From Octopus sinensis (Eukaryota), in the NCBI RefSeq assembly GCF_006345805.1, contig NC_042997.1:37200001-37264000 (forward strand): DNA of 64,000 nt, written 5' to 3'. The translations under genes and the position numbers were made by a program. The notes below the pieces were generated by a model. That model did no database searches, was not told the origin of the DNA, and was given only the letters and a program-made list of their open reading frames with translations. Numbering within the stretch: position 1 is the stretch's first letter; every line of letters starts with the position of its first letter. Shown piece by piece: positions 27,769 through 41,919 of this stretch.

Positions 27769-29331
27769 ATATAATGCTTAAAATATTATATACACATTAA
27801 CAGCTGATATCTCATTGACTTTCATTAGATTTAACTTATTAGAAATCTACTTACATTTTGAAATATGGGCGGTAGACTGACTGGGCATTATGAGCGACAA
27901 CTAAGTTCGTGCCTAGATTCCATTTACAGAGATGTTTGCTATTATGATGAGATCTGTTCCAAATTCAAACTATTTTAGTACTATATTTAATGTAGAAAAT
28001 TGGTTAAAACAACGAGTTATGAATAAAAATATGATGTTTTTAGATATCAAATTTGAATTAAATAAAAATGTAAGTAAATATAATCAAAGAAATATACAGG
28101 ACGAATTTTACAATTTGCCTTTTACTAACAAATAATCGTCGTTTTGTTTTTAAATGGAAACTGTCTATAATATTTATTAACAATGCAATACCTGAACAAA
28201 CTTTTCTTGGTACATTAATTCTGAGAAAATCCTAAGATGCAGGCGGATTGGAAGTCAAAGTGTTCCGAACGCATCATCTTTGGATTAACGTGGATATACT
28301 GAAAAGCAAATATATATGGATTGGAATCCAGTAAAATGTAAATGATGAGATAAGGTTTTGAAAATAGTTCAGTTTGAGATGGTCTCAACAGAAAGAAGTG
28401 ATGAACCAGAACATGAGTGTGAAAGGCTGACAAACATGTTTATGAGAGACCGTTAAGTAAATAAGCGACTCTGAACATCATGTAAATTTTTACTTTGCAG
28501 TGGAAGAGAAATTATCGCATAATAGATTTCATAAACGAGTAATTCCATGTCAATATTAACACTTTTGGTAGAAAAATTTCTGTCGCCTGACAATATCAAA
28601 GTTTTGAACGATATATATACTTTAGGTGCAGTTTATATTAAAGGAACTTATATTTTTGAGAAGAATAATTGAAATCAATTCACTTTCCATCCTTTTAATT
28701 TCTAAGAGAGTACGAACTTTATGACTGGGAATTAGAATCTTTCAAATTCGTAGTTATTTCAAATTAGATAACACCATTAATTGCCTTAACTAGAACGTAT
28801 TTATGAGGTTATAAACAGGCGTTCTAGTATTCAATATAGGATTATGAATTTAAATTACTTGATTAAAATATGATTGATCAAAGTATCCAAGTGTACCAAA
28901 ATTACATGTAGTGTTTCAAAATCAGCGGTTTTCTATATATGAATGAAACGCAACACTATCAATAATAGTAAATGAAAGTATTTCACGGTAGACAGTTCTT
29001 TGAACATAATATGATACATTAGCTTGGAATTTAATAAAACCCTTTATATATGAAGCAAAATCTTTGGATGCGTCCATAACGATTATATTAATTTCAAAAA
29101 TATACATACATCCTTTTACGAAGGATCACAATTTTATAAATATTTATAACATATATTGTTCGAAGTACTTAATGGATTCATAGAATAATAATATTCAGAT
29201 GAACTGAAAAGGTAGGATGCGTAATTTATGATACAGAAGGCACGCAAAATAAAAATATATTTCCTTTCTAGGTTCAGATATATATTACAATGTATATTTC
29301 TTACTCAAAACTATAGCATTACTGCTGTGAG

Positions 29332-29368
<37 letters not shown>

Positions 29369-29385
29369 TGAAGGTATGAAATATA

Positions 29386-30500
29386 CCAGGTTGAGTGAAA
29401 AGATTTAGTAACATGTATATCCTAGTTATATATATATACATTTAATAAAATTTGTTATCCATTCGATGCTGAATTGTTTATTTTCTATTTTCATGAATAA
29501 CATATTACCTTTAAAAGTTTATTCTTTATTTTACAACTTTGATAATGAATGGTGAGAAAACTGGAATAAGAACAATTTCATTTTCGCAGTGAAAAAAATT
29601 ACTGAGTACACGTGCAACGGCAAAAGAAATTAGCGATGTGAGAGGTCAAAAAGCTTTCAACGGAAGTGTGGCAAAATTGTGGTTCAGACATTTCAAGGAA
29701 CGGAACACCAGCCGAGAATGCAAACGAACATCAGGGCACCTGTTGTTGCAGAATATGAGGCCTTGCTTGGTTGATCAACAGCCAAGCACATGCACTCATA
29801 CATCATCAGTACAATTTGAACCTTCACAAAGTACCCTCATTCACCATTTCCATAAGCTCGATCCTATGACCAGAAGCTATCGAGAAGTTCATCATGTTCT
29901 GACTAATGAGCAAGCTCAACGGCGGGATGTCATTTGAAAACAACTGCTGGAAAGTCTTCGACATATCCGATTTGAGATGAAAATTAAATTTATTTTCGTT
30001 ATCCTAATAAGACATATCTGGGGTTCCGTTCCGGCCAGGCTTCAAAACATGTGACACATGTCGGCTTTGAACAGAAGGGCTTTTTTGTGTTTGGTGGAAT
30101 TTCGAGGTGGTGTTACACTTGGAGCTCGTCCCAGATGGTCGGGGTCTCAATGCAAACATTTATGCTTAACAACTGCAGCGAGTATATTATGCCCAGAAAG
30201 GCTGCTACTACTTATTGTTCAATCGAAGACGCGCGCTCCTACACTATGACAATATAACATCACAAACTGCTAATATAACGAAACACAAATTTGAAGGCAT
30301 GATGAGCCAGAATTGACTCCTCATCCGGCCTGCAGTCTAGCTATTGTACCATCAGATAAACATCTATTCTTGCACGGACCGTGGTTCATCTGTATTGATG
30401 AAAACAGATGCAGTGGGACTTTTTTACCTCAAAACCAGACACAGTTTAAGCGTGACAAGAGGCAGTAGACTATGATGGGATGCATTTTGATGAAAAAATG
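29386..30500 (+). mobile_element. Highly decayed mariner relic
   Basis: ATAKEISDV.G.....SVAKLWFRHFKE (HTH) near 29620-29700 and HPACSLAIVPSDKHLF (degenerate HPPYSPDLAPSDYHLF) near 30325-30370. Confidence 0.7.
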
Positions 30501-31039
30501 CTTTTAACATGAAAGCTGTTTGAATTAGTAATTAAAGTTTGAAATTGGAAAAAATATCTTTTGATTCAAAGGTGGTATTATTAAAGAAAAAAGAGCAAAT
30601 TTTTATTGATATCTTTTTGCCGATCATAGTATTATGTAAAATGAATTATGATCAATCGTTAAACTATAGATATCGTGTCGCCGAACAAATATGTTATGCA
30701 ACACAGAAAATTAGAATATTGGATATGTATATTCTAGGTCCAAAATGATTGTACTGATAGACGACTGGAAAATTAATTAAAGGATGAACGGTGAAGCATG
30801 TTGTAGCAAACATTGAGCTGAAATGTTGACCATGGTCTCCATTCGTCAAATAAGAAAGATAAGAAATATGGCTATGGAGCTCGATACAGTTTCAAACAGT
30901 AAACTGATACGAATCAAATTCAAGTGTTTTTTCATGTGGCAGTAAATGGGTTGTGAAAGTCATATAAACTCCCCCCTTAACCGTTCTTATAATTTTACTA
31001 TCAAATATAGTTTGTGGTATCACTAGAACTGAGAAACAA

Positions 31040-31131
31040 CAACCACAAAAACAGCAACTACTATTACTACTACTACTACTACTACTAATACTACTACTAC
31101 TACTAGTGGTAGTAGTAGTATTATTATTAGT

Positions 31132-31166
<35 letters not shown>

Positions 31167-31215
31167 TAGTAGTAGTACGACTACTACAACTAGGACGACT
31201 AGGACGACGATAACA
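31040..31215. repeat. Compound (TAC)n/(TAG)n/(CAG)n trinucleotide repeat with internal strand inversion
   Basis: (TAC)n switches to (TAG)n and back. Confidence 0.9.
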
Positions 31216-31391
31216 CACGCATATTCATACGCACATATATATATAAATATACATAAAGTCCAATACACGTAACGTACGTTTATACACATGTGTGAGCGCG
31301 TGCGTGCGTGTATGTTTGTATGTGAGTGTGTGCCTTGTGTGTGCAAAATATTACTAATGTACTTACATTCGAACAGGATTTCTTCATATAT

Positions 31392-31623
31392 ATTTCTTTA
31401 CTACCCACAAGGGGCTAAACATAGAGGGGACAAACAAGGACAGCCAAAGGGATTAAGTCGATTACATAGACCCCAGTGTGAAACTGGTACTTTATTTATC
31501 GACCCAGAAAGGATGAAAGGCAAAGTCGACCTCAGCGGAATTTGAACTCAGAACGTAACGGCAGACGAAATACGGCTACGCATTTCGCCCGGCGTGCTAA
31601 CGTTTCTGCCAGCTCGCCGCCTT
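31392..31623 (-). mobile_element. tRNA-derived SINE, type A (head GGCGGCGAGCTGGCAGAA)
   Basis: A-box TGGCAGAAACGTTAG and B-box GAGTTCAAATTCC on the minus strand; homologous copies at 33403, 35170, 35300, 39990 and 62521. Confidence 0.85.
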
Positions 31624-31899
31624 AATGCTTTCTTCATATATACGTAATCACACACATACTCATACATAAATATATATATGCCGATATATAAATATATTTA
31701 TCATTCTTTAAGAAGAATAGCATTGACAATGACACCGACGTTTCACCGAGCTAAGCCACTATCTGACTGTGGCACATTTGATTTCATTTAAACATTATAT
31801 AGTCAGTCTTATATAAAGTCAGTCTTAACTTAATTTTCTGGAGTACGTGGAGTTCAGTTGAATGATATTTTGGTTTCAGTGCGGATTGTAATGGACAGG

Positions 31900-32560
31900 T
31901 GTAATGGAAAAATTTTATTTGATTAAATTTGGATTCGTCTTATTGTTCAGAATTTATTCATGTATGTAGAAGTATTTATCTGGTGTGTTCATTTAACTGC
32001 GTCATCTTCAAGTCACAGAAGTGTTTCTTTCGGTTTAGCAAAGGGACATGGATAGCTGAAACGAATGAGTTTTCCGGTAGATGTGCTTCTAGATAAACAT
32101 GTTTGTTTTCTTTGGATATTAATAGGAAATATAAGCTTTTGTAGTGGGAATGTGGAGGTTAATTTTCAGGATTCAGTCGAGCATTTAGATTCTTGTAGCT
32201 ACATGCACTTATTTCGCTGTGTCAACTTTCAAATCATTGGGTTTTTATAGGTTCACTAAACGATAGAAGTAATTCTAAAGTTCAGTTGGTGAAAATATTT
32301 CTTGACTTCTTGATATTAAAAATATTGCACCTGTTTGTTTGAGGACGATATAGGCCATCAATCAAACATGTCATGTTGCTAATCTAGTAATTTGTATATT
32401 TTATACATAAATGGTCACAAAAGTATGTAGGTAGGTGTGACGTTTGGTTGATGAGTAAATTTCTATCTCTGTCTCAATTGATCTAGATAGGATTCTATTT
32501 ACAAATTGTTTGATAGCCTAACTCTCCGAAATCCCGATTCTACTATCAATACGGTACTTG
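31900..32560 (-). mobile_element. Very decayed Penelope-like RT/thumb fragment
   Basis: Scattered motifs across frames (FLLISKENK, IYRK, WPISS) resembling PLE FLDILI..., DIYRKPT and RPIISS. Confidence 0.35.
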
Positions 32561-33108
32561 TTATAGAATACTAAATTTGAACTCTTCAAAATGTGTTGGT
32601 TAAATCTTCAGTTTGTAGTTAAATTGCCTTTATTATATCTATAAGAATTTATAAATTTCGAAATACAGTCAACTAATTGTCTTTTTGGAATCGTGGATCT
32701 CGCAGAAGGTAGAGCGACAGGAATACTATACAAATACTGGGTAAAATATCCCATAAATAGAAAACGGTCAAGGCTTCACTTGGAACATAATTCCATGATA
32801 TAGATAAGTTTACATCCTTTCGAATTCTGTAAAACGTATACAGAAACACGAAAAATTGTTTGGTCCAATGGGAGAAAATTTGTAATATTTACAGGAGATA
32901 GGGGTTCCTTTTTACCAATATTTTCATGGTAATATCTATAGCTCCATTTGCTTCAAGATCCATTCTTCCAAAAAGGATTGTGTATCTATCTATCTATGTA
33001 TCTGCCTATATGTCTGTCCGTATATTTATCTTCCTAGGTAGCTAACCAATCTTTCTGTCTGTCTCGATATCTGTATGTGTGTCTGTCTATCTCTCTATCT
33101 ATCTATCA

Positions 33109-33144
<36 letters not shown>

Positions 33145-33250
33145 TTACATACATTATATGTATATATATATATATATGCATACACACACACATTTATATA
33201 TATATATATATAGATACATACATACATACATACATACATACATACATACA

Positions 33251-33282
<32 letters not shown>

Positions 33283-33402
33283 GATATACAGAGAAAGGGA
33301 GAGAGATTGTTTGAAGTGTTGTACAGATTTTATACATAAAGAAAAAGAAGGTAGTAAACATTTGAATAAGAAACACATATCTATCATTTCGTCTCTCTGA
33401 GA

Positions 33403-33615
33403 AGGCGGCGAGCTGGCAGAAACGTTAGCACACCCGGCGAAATGCTTAGCGTTATTTCGTCCCCCGTTACGTTCTGAGTTCAAATTCCGCCGAGGTCGAC
33501 TTTTCCTTTCATCCTTCAAGGGTCGATAGATTAACTACTACACGCGCACTGGGGTCGATCTAATCGACTGCACCACCTTCCCAAAAACATTCGGGCCTTG
33601 TGCCTAGAGTAGAAC
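33403..33615 (+). mobile_element. tRNA-derived SINE, type A
   Basis: ggcggcgagctggcagaaacgttagcacacccggcgaaatgcttagc...gagttcaaattccgccgaggtcgac. Confidence 0.85.
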
Positions 33616-33897
33616 GGGATTTCGCCCCTCTCTGGGACCAAAACGCTAAATATATTTTAAATATATATAAGTCTTTCAAAGGCACATGGCTTGCAAGATA
33701 TCGGTGACATGGAGAGAGGGAGCTGTTATGCATGGCCAATTATAGGTCTTCTATAGATATATTGCCCAGATTTGTGCCTCGGAGCGAAACATTCTTGGAG
33801 CAATCCGATAGTCAGCCATGACCAAGGGGCTCTTTAGCATATTATCCTTTATATATATCATTACTACCTTTTTTTTCATAAGATGCATTTGTATGTA

Positions 33898-33942
<45 letters not shown>

Positions 33943-34035
33943 ATATCTATCTATCTAGTTATCTCTCACACTCTCTCTATATATATATATATACATGCAT
34001 AAATGCATATGTATATATATATATATAATATATAT

Positions 34036-34069
<34 letters not shown>

Positions 34070-35167
34070 CATACATATACATATATATATATATATAATA
34101 TATATATATATACACATATATATACACATTGTAAGCGAATATCATTTTACATGCGAATAGAAGGATTATTGGCCTGTTCAAAGAAAGCATGTATGGTAGC
34201 AGGGGTGTTTGGCTAACGTAAACATTTCAGTAAAGATAAATGTGGTGTTGTCAAAAATCTTTCTCTAATGAAACCACAGGGAGAGTTAATTTCTGCGTGT
34301 CGCAATTTAAAAACTCTGGACAATGAAGGTGTCAAGGAATTAAAGTATTCTAAACCTCAAGAACTGTTCCAACTGCTTGCAATAGAATGCACCCAACTAA
34401 AGTCTTCCCAGCTTCAAGTAATTCGTGTTAAACTGGAAGGTATCTTAATTCTGCCACTGTGCTCAGAGCGGAGGTACAAAGGAATATCGTAAGTTATGAG
34501 ATCTGCTTTGCTTACCCGCCCCCTAATTTATCGATCTTTCAGAGGTGTACCTTTAGTGGGGTTCGAAAGGATTTACTGCAAACTTCTCAACGTTAGACAG
34601 TTCAGCATTTATAGTGAACTGAATAAATATATATATAAATAAATGAATAAGCCATATATCTCAGTCTCTTTCTATCAGCTGGACTTCCAATTGTTTTGAA
34701 AGATGTTTTCAATACATTCTGTTTATTTTATACATAGTTTCTAAGCAACCAAAATGTCTGCTCTTAGTAAAATTCATATGGGCAGATTTTCAACAGGAAC
34801 AGTAATCTTCTTTTCCATATAAAAGCAACTGAATGGTGGAAAACATCGATATATTTCACTAGCAGTTTCCCATTATTCACTTTTCAGGGGTTTACTTCAC
34901 GTTTCGAAACATTCGATGCGTGTGAGATATGGAAATATGAAACGTAAATAATAATGTATTTTCTAAATCCAAATTTTATTGGCTTAACAGGAGTTCCTTC
35001 TTATCATGATGTGTGTGAATGTTGGCGCGTGAGTGTGTTCGTGCGTGTGTGTGTAGGTGTGAGTGTTTAGAATTTTGATAGTATCTCGAAGTAAATTAAG
35101 CTATAAATAATAGCGTGTTGTATATAGGTATAAATCCCTTCTATTCGCTAATATCTATGGCATTATT

Positions 35168-35500
35168 AAAGCGGCGAGTCCGCCGAGTTCGACTTTACAT
35201 TTCATCCTTTCGAGGTCGACAAAGTAAGTACTAGCTGAGTACTGGGGTCGATGTAATCGACTATACCAGCCCCAAATTTCAGGTGTTGTGCATATAGTTA
35301 TTAAAGTGATGAGCTAGGAAAATCGTTAGTACGCCGGGCGAAATGCTATACGCCATTTTGTATGTTTTTTATGCTCTGAGTTCAAATTCCACGAAGGTAG
35401 AATTTACCTGGTCTTCTTTCCGGATTGATAAGATAAATACCGTTCGTTTAAATCTAAATAACTCTCCCCGAAACTGCTGGCCTTGTACTAAAACTTGAAA
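35168..35500 (+). mobile_element. Two adjacent degenerate type-A SINE copies
   Basis: Partial matches to the type-A head and body at 35168-35295 and 35305-35500. Confidence 0.7.
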
Positions 35501-35659
35501 GCAATATCGCCATCTATACAACAACAAAAGATATAACTTTTCATATCGTTCGAAGGCAATAAATTTTATGACTAAAAGAATTTACGTTGAAGTATGTATT
35601 TGTATGTCTATCGGCATATGATTACATATGTGTCTTCTTTTAAGTATTTTTTCTTCTTT

Positions 35660-35773
35660 CTTTTCTTTTACTTGTTTCAGTCATTTGACTGTGACCATGC
35701 TGGAGCACCTGCTGTAGTCAAGCAATGCTAGTGGGACAAACACAGACACACAAACACACACGCACACACACAT

Positions 35774-35807
<34 letters not shown>

Positions 35808-35972
35808 CGACGGGCTTCTTTCAGTTTCCGTCTACCAAATCCTCTCACAAGGCTGTGGTCGGCCCGAGGCTATAGAAGAAGACACTTGCCCAAGGTGCCA
35901 AGCAGTGAGACTGAACTAGGAACCATGTGGTTGGTAAGCAAGCTACTTACCACACAGCCACTCCTGCGCCTA
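35660..35972 (-). mobile_element. tRNA-derived SINE, type B (head AGGCGCAGGAGTGGCTGTGTGG), internally deleted
   Basis: Reverse complement of the copies at 36598 and 60325; carries an internal (TA)n(GT)n. Confidence 0.85.
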
Positions 35973-36273
35973 TATGTATGAGTGTGTGTATGTATGTATG
36001 TATGTATGTATGCTAATTGCATGTTGTATAGTGGCTACATGGCCGCAATAAGTGATATGCTTATTAAAGAGCTCAATCTGCTTAATGTCAAGTCTCCTAT
36101 CTACTCTCTGCTTTACACTATACCGTAGATATACAAATCAAATCCGACAAAGCGAAGTCAATGACGAGCAAATGCAACACAAATTTTGTAACCAAGTAAT
36201 ATGACTCAGGAAAGAGAATGAGAATTACTCAGAAGACGAATTTCATAAATTTATATTCTTTTATGTTGATTAT

Positions 36274-36570
36274 TTGGCTCTCAATCGGTTACGACGACGA
36301 GGGTTGCTGTTTATGTGGTCAGCGGTACAGTCTGCTCGTAAAATTAACGTGCACGTAACTAAACACTTCACTGATACCTGTACCCTTAACTAGTTCTCAG
36401 TGAGACTCAGCGAGACACATAGTGCAAGAAGGCTGACCCTATAAAATAGAGGTACCATTAATTTCTGTCAGCTGAGTTGGCTGCAGCAACATGAAATAAA
36501 ATTTCTTGCTCAAGGACACAACGGGCTACCTCGAATCCAACTCATAACCTTACGATCATGAGCCAAATAT
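36274..36570 (-). mobile_element. Older SINE, type D (gttgtgtccttgagcaag body; ...ccctcgtcgtcgtaacc tail)
   Basis: Homologous to 46445-46760 and 62075-62190. Confidence 0.65.
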
Positions 36571-36597
36571 CCCTACCTGTAAAACCACACACTTTCT

Positions 36598-36774
36598 GGC
36601 GTAGAGGTGGCTGTGTGGTAAGTAGCTTGCTCATAAACCACGTGGTTCCGGGTTCAGTCCCACTGCCTGGCATCTTGGGCAAGTATCTTCTGCTATAGCC
36701 TCGGGCCGACCAAAGCCTTGTGAGTGGATTTGGTTGACGGGAACTGAAAGAAGCCTGTCGTATATATGTATATG

Positions 36775-36813
<39 letters not shown>

Positions 36814-37040
36814 ATCTGTGTGTATGTGATTGTGTGTCTGTGTTTGTCCCTCTAGCATTACTTGACAACCGATGCTGGTGTGTTTACGTCCCCGTCACAT
36901 AGCGGTTCGGCAAAAGAGACCGATAGAATAAGTAATTGGCTTACAAATAATAAGTCCTGGGGTCGATTTGCTCGACTAAAGGCGGTGCTCCAGCATGGCC
37001 GCAGTCAAATGACTGATACAAGTAAAGGAGTAAAAGAATT
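36598..37040 (+). mobile_element. tRNA-derived SINE, type B, full length
   Basis: A-box TGGCTGTGTGGTAAG, B-box GGTTCAGTCCC, internal microsatellite and (GAGTAAAA)-like tail. Confidence 0.88.
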
Positions 37041-37454
37041 TATAAAAATAATTTTCAAAATATACAGTACAGCACTTTATCTATCTATTTTCACCTATCG
37101 CGGGGGGATTTGGAAGGGAACACCCGTGATAGTCGAGGGATTAGTGTATATATACATACCTGCATATACATATATATATGCATATATACATATGTGGGTT
37201 GCATGTATGTGTGTGTGTGTATGTGAGTGTTAGTTGATCAGAAACTAAAACTTCATAGATCATACTCCGGATTTCCTCTTGTCAAATATCGTTCTGGTAT
37301 GGAAATTCGGAAATCGTTATACCGGATTATATCTGACCGATTTCCTGGCCGTTATATAATGAATGAAAGTAGAAATATAGTTAATAAAAGGATACTACAC
37401 TTGAAAACTACTTCATGTTATTGTATAATGTGTGTGCTTTATGTAGCACTAGTA

Positions 37455-37872
37455 CAACTACTATATGTCTCAGAAACCTGGGCGTTATCAAAGAAGCTTG
37501 AGAGGCGGTTGGATGGAACCTACACTCGCCTCCTTATGAGAGTTCAAAATCCCTCGTGGAAGCGCCATCCAAACAAAATGCAAATATATGGGAAACTACC
37601 ACCTGTGTCATCTCTTGTGAAAGGTAGGAGAGTCCAGTTTGCTGGACATTGTTGTAGAGCTGAAAAAGAAGTAATTTCTACTCTTCTCCTCTGGAAGCCA
37701 TCTACTCGCAATACCAGAGGGCGTACACTCTCCTACCCTGATGTAACCTCCAGGGATACAGGCATCCAGCAACAGGACCTCCGTAATGCCATGATGGACC
37801 GTGAAGTCTGGCGTAGCATGGTAAATTCCATTGTCTCGGCCACGGTCGAACAAGGATGATGATGATAATGAT
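37455..37872 (+). mobile_element. 5'-truncated RTE-type LINE 3' end
   Basis: SETWALSKKLERRLDGTYTRLLMRV...RRVQFAGHCCR...DREVWR; (GAT)n tail. Confidence 0.9.
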
Positions 37873-38744
37873 AATACAAATATACTTATTAATTTTTGCT
37901 AAAATAAAAACATTACGTAAAACAATACGGAATGTATCTTGGCATATGCATGATTTGGATTACGTAATATTTTGAAACATATTTGTGTATATACGCACAA
38001 ATATATATATTTTATTTATGGTAAATATATGAACGACTACCATTGTTAATACGTTGTCAGTTTGAACCAGAGACTTCGCAACTTCGAAGTGAAATTTTTT
38101 ATCAATCTGCTATTCTGCATGTACATCTTCAATATAATTGAAGTTAGTCCGTTATATTTCCTAGGTAAACTCATTTTCTCAATTAGGATTTTTGCAAGGT
38201 TGATTAATGTTTTCCAGATGCACTCATTGATATGATAGTGAAATATTTTGGAAAAACGCAGTTACAAATAAGAGGAAGTATTATGTTATTGTTGCTTATA
38301 ATTTTCCTGTAGAAAATATTACTTGAACTGGAAACGGTTGTTGGAGCTCGAAAAATTGCGTAAACAAAATTGCTAACATAACATGTATTATTATTATTTA
38401 ACAGTTCATTGGATCCATGATATATCGGAGCTTGTTATGATATTACATTTAAGAAGCTTATGGTTGTATATGCTTGAAACTCTACCTAAAAGCCGCATTA
38501 TATCATTAATATGCGGCTTATGGTTACAATACAGTCATTTCCTTGTATTATAAATGTGAAGCTATTATCATGGAGATAATTATGAGAAACATTACTAAAT
38601 ATCTCCTTTATCTGAAGATGAGTAGAATATCCGTTGAGAATAAATATTATTCGGGTTTAAATCCTTATTTATACAAAATAGCCTTGTATTAATTCGGTAA
38701 TTTAAAAATGTTATTTTCTAATCTTCATGCAGCATCTTTGAAAT

Positions 38745-39267
38745 ACTTTCTAACTAGAAAGGGTATGGCCTGGTCAGCCTGTAATGACATGCATAAGATC
38801 TGGTCATCAAATCTAAGTAGAGACTTCAAACTTGAAATATTCTAAGCCACAGTCGAACCAATTCTACTATATGGCTCAGAAACCTGGACGTTATCAAAGA
38901 AGCTTGAGAGGCGGTTGGATGGAACCTACACTCGCCTCCTTATGAGAGCTCAAAATCTCTCGTGGAGGCGCCATCCAACTAAAATGCAAATATATGGGAA
39001 ATTACCACCTGTGTCATCTCTTGTGAAAGGTAGGAGAGTCCAGTTTGCTGGACATTGTTGTAGAGCTGAAAAAGAAGTAATTTCTACTCTTCTCCTCTGG
39101 AAGCCATCTACTCGCAACACCAGAGGGCGCACACTCTCCTACCCTGATGTAATCTCCAGGGATACAGGCATCCAGCAACAGGACCTCCGTAATGCTATGA
39201 TGGACCGTGAAGTCTGGCGCAACATGGTAAATTCCATTGTCTCGACCACGGTCGAACAATGATGATG
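38745..39267 (+). mobile_element. 5'-truncated RTE-type LINE 3' end with an 11-bp TSD
   Basis: TRKGMAWSACNDMHKIW...EPILLYGSETWTL...FAGHC; (GAT)n tail; ATCTTTGAAAT at 38734-38744 and 39268-39278. Confidence 0.92.
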
Positions 39268-39989
39268 ATCTTTGAAATGAACTGCGCTACTATTATGAAT
39301 GATAATCTTTTGAAGAAGATTTTCCTTTCGGAATGCACCAGATTCATTCCTCATTAAGCTTTGCCTGACACTATAGCAAACCACACATTAAAAATCTCGT
39401 CGAATTACAGAAAGAAACATATAAGAGCGTTAAAATCAATCAATTCCAATAACTTCACACAATATTGCAGGGTTGTGTCCTTCTATAATAAAGACAGAAC
39501 AATTCGCTTTTTTAAAGTTTACTTATCAAGAGACAAACTAGCTATTCTTATGTGCATCAAAATCCCTATTAGATACGACAATAGTGAGAAACGGTAAAAC
39601 ATTTAGCGGGAAGTAATTCTGTTTAGTTGGTTAGAAATAGAGGATATCAAATTCTGTGAATACAACATGCTTTCCTTGGACAAAAGTTTGGAACATAGGT
39701 TTGAAAATTAGAACTTTTTTAGTTAAATGTTCAAAGTTATATTTGAATCGATTAGTAGTTGGGCATAACAATTCTAATTTAAAATAATCTGTTCTGAAAT
39801 TTTGGCTATGACACTATACTATTCTCTTACAGTGGATCTGCATTTTCCATAAACGGAGGGAAATATATCTAAATAAAATGGATTTCAAAATTTGAATGCC
39901 ATATACACCTATCTAGATCTTTCCGTCATTTATTACTCTTGAATTTGGATATTCGCATTTTTAACTAATACATAATGTACACAAACAAA

Positions 39990-40140
39990 TGAGCTGGGAA
40001 ACTGTTAGAATGCCGCGCAAAATGCTTAGCGGCATTTTGTCCTTCTTTGCATACTGAGTTCTAACGCCAACGACAGCTACTTTGCCTATCATCATTTACT
40101 GGGGCTGATAAAATAAGTGCTACTTGAGCACTGATATCAT
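39990..40140 (+). mobile_element. Degenerate type-A SINE
   Basis: gagctgggaaactgttagaatgccgcgcaaaatgcttagcggcatt... matches the type-A head. Confidence 0.65.
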
Positions 40141-40389
40141 CGATATCGTTGATGCTGAAGCAATATATTTAGCTACAAAAGGTTTGCATTAGCGCAACGT
40201 TGTTGTTAAAATAATGTAAGGGGAACGAATGACAAACTTTTGTATGTGTCTCTGTTATTGTCATGAAGTCTGCTTTTGTCGAATTTCCAAGAGCTTACAT
40301 ATTAAGAAAATTGGAAATTATGTTTCAAATAGTTACATGACTTAGTTTCTTTGCTAGCGTATATATGTTTAAATGCAGAAAACGCTTAT

Positions 40390-40454
<65 letters not shown>

Positions 40455-40851
40455 TACATAAAAGGCAGGTTGTGTGCGTGTGTACGTGAATGTAATTTAT
40501 GCACGTACATATTCATAATGACTCTAGCAGTATTTTCTTCAACTTATTTTTCCCAGCGGCACAAGCAAATAGCATTAAAAGTAAATTTTCAACCAAAACA
40601 TTTAATAATTTTCAAGTCGGAGAAATCACCATTGTTTACAAATATGAGTTAAGTCCCGTTATAGAGACGAGAGTAGGTTTTTGTTAAGACTTTTGTTGTT
40701 TTTTTTTTGGGGGGGGGTCATCGTTGAAAGAATGGTTTTGTTGATCTGCGGGCCACTGACACACACACACACGAAAATGTATGCGTACGAAAAACATGTA
40801 TACAACAGGTGTACGTACGTGTGTATATGCGTGCGTGTGAGTGTGTGTTGC

Positions 40852-40925
<74 letters not shown>

Positions 40926-41368
40926 ATATATATTTATAATTGTTAAAGTGGACAACAAACGTTAAGACAAGAGAAACATCTTAAGCCATATACGTTATTA
41001 TTATTGGAAAAATTCAGTCTTACAGCTGTTTCTGGGATATCACCGATTATGGGATATTCCGTCATCGTAAAGAAATAGGGAAAATGAGAAGGGTATAGAT
41101 TAATGAAACGGTGACATAGAAGACAGGAGAAAATGAATAAGAAGTTGAAAACAAAACAAGAAGAAAGAGAAGAAAAAAGAAGCATACATTTCACATTTCA
41201 ACTTTCCGTTTGTGTAATTGTTAGTCCCTAAGTCCTTAGATGCAATCCCGTGTAAATCCAAGCATGTTAAATTCGTAATAGCATAGTTATCCAGAAGTAG
41301 AAGTAAGAGAATGATAGCGGAGCTGGATATTGAGGGGTAAAGAGAAAGAAGTATATAGACGAGCATTC

Positions 41369-41727
41369 AGAGAGCGCAAACCTCCGCCAAGGCAACACCA
41401 ACATCCTCTCAACGATTAACTGGAGATGAAGTCTATAATCAGAATATTAGAAATAAATTCGACTTCTCTCACAAACAATACTGCTAAACATGAACCCGAC
41501 CGCTCTCAAAAATTAAGTAAAAAGTAAAACAGGAAAGATAATCCAGAATCCTTGTCCTCTGTCGGATCGATACCAAAATCTAACCACTACATGCCAATCA
41601 CAAGGCAACAATTCCCTGAAAGTTTCGTTCGAATCCATCCAGTGGTTCTTGAGATATCTTGTGCACGGTCAAGCACAAAAACGTGACTGAAAAACAATAC
41701 CCCCGCCTTCGCTAAGACGGAGATATT
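41369..41727 (+). mobile_element. Non-autonomous element with a subterminal repeat and 3' hairpin (Helentron-associated HINE-like)
   Basis: 5' acctccgccaagg and 3' ccccgccttcgctaagacggag (degenerate hairpin sharing the 5' motif). Classification is from architecture only. Confidence 0.4.
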
Positions 41728-41919
41728 AAATAGAGAGACAGGTAGAGGGAAGGAGGGGGAAGGCAATGATTGATATTAAGGATAGAATAAGGTATATAAA
41801 ATATAGTGTACAACAAGAATCAAGAAGATAAATATGTAAATAAATATAGAAGGTTAAATAAGGAGCGAAGAGGAAGTAAAGGAAGATAAAGTAAAAAAAA
41901 CACAAAATAAAGTAAAATG

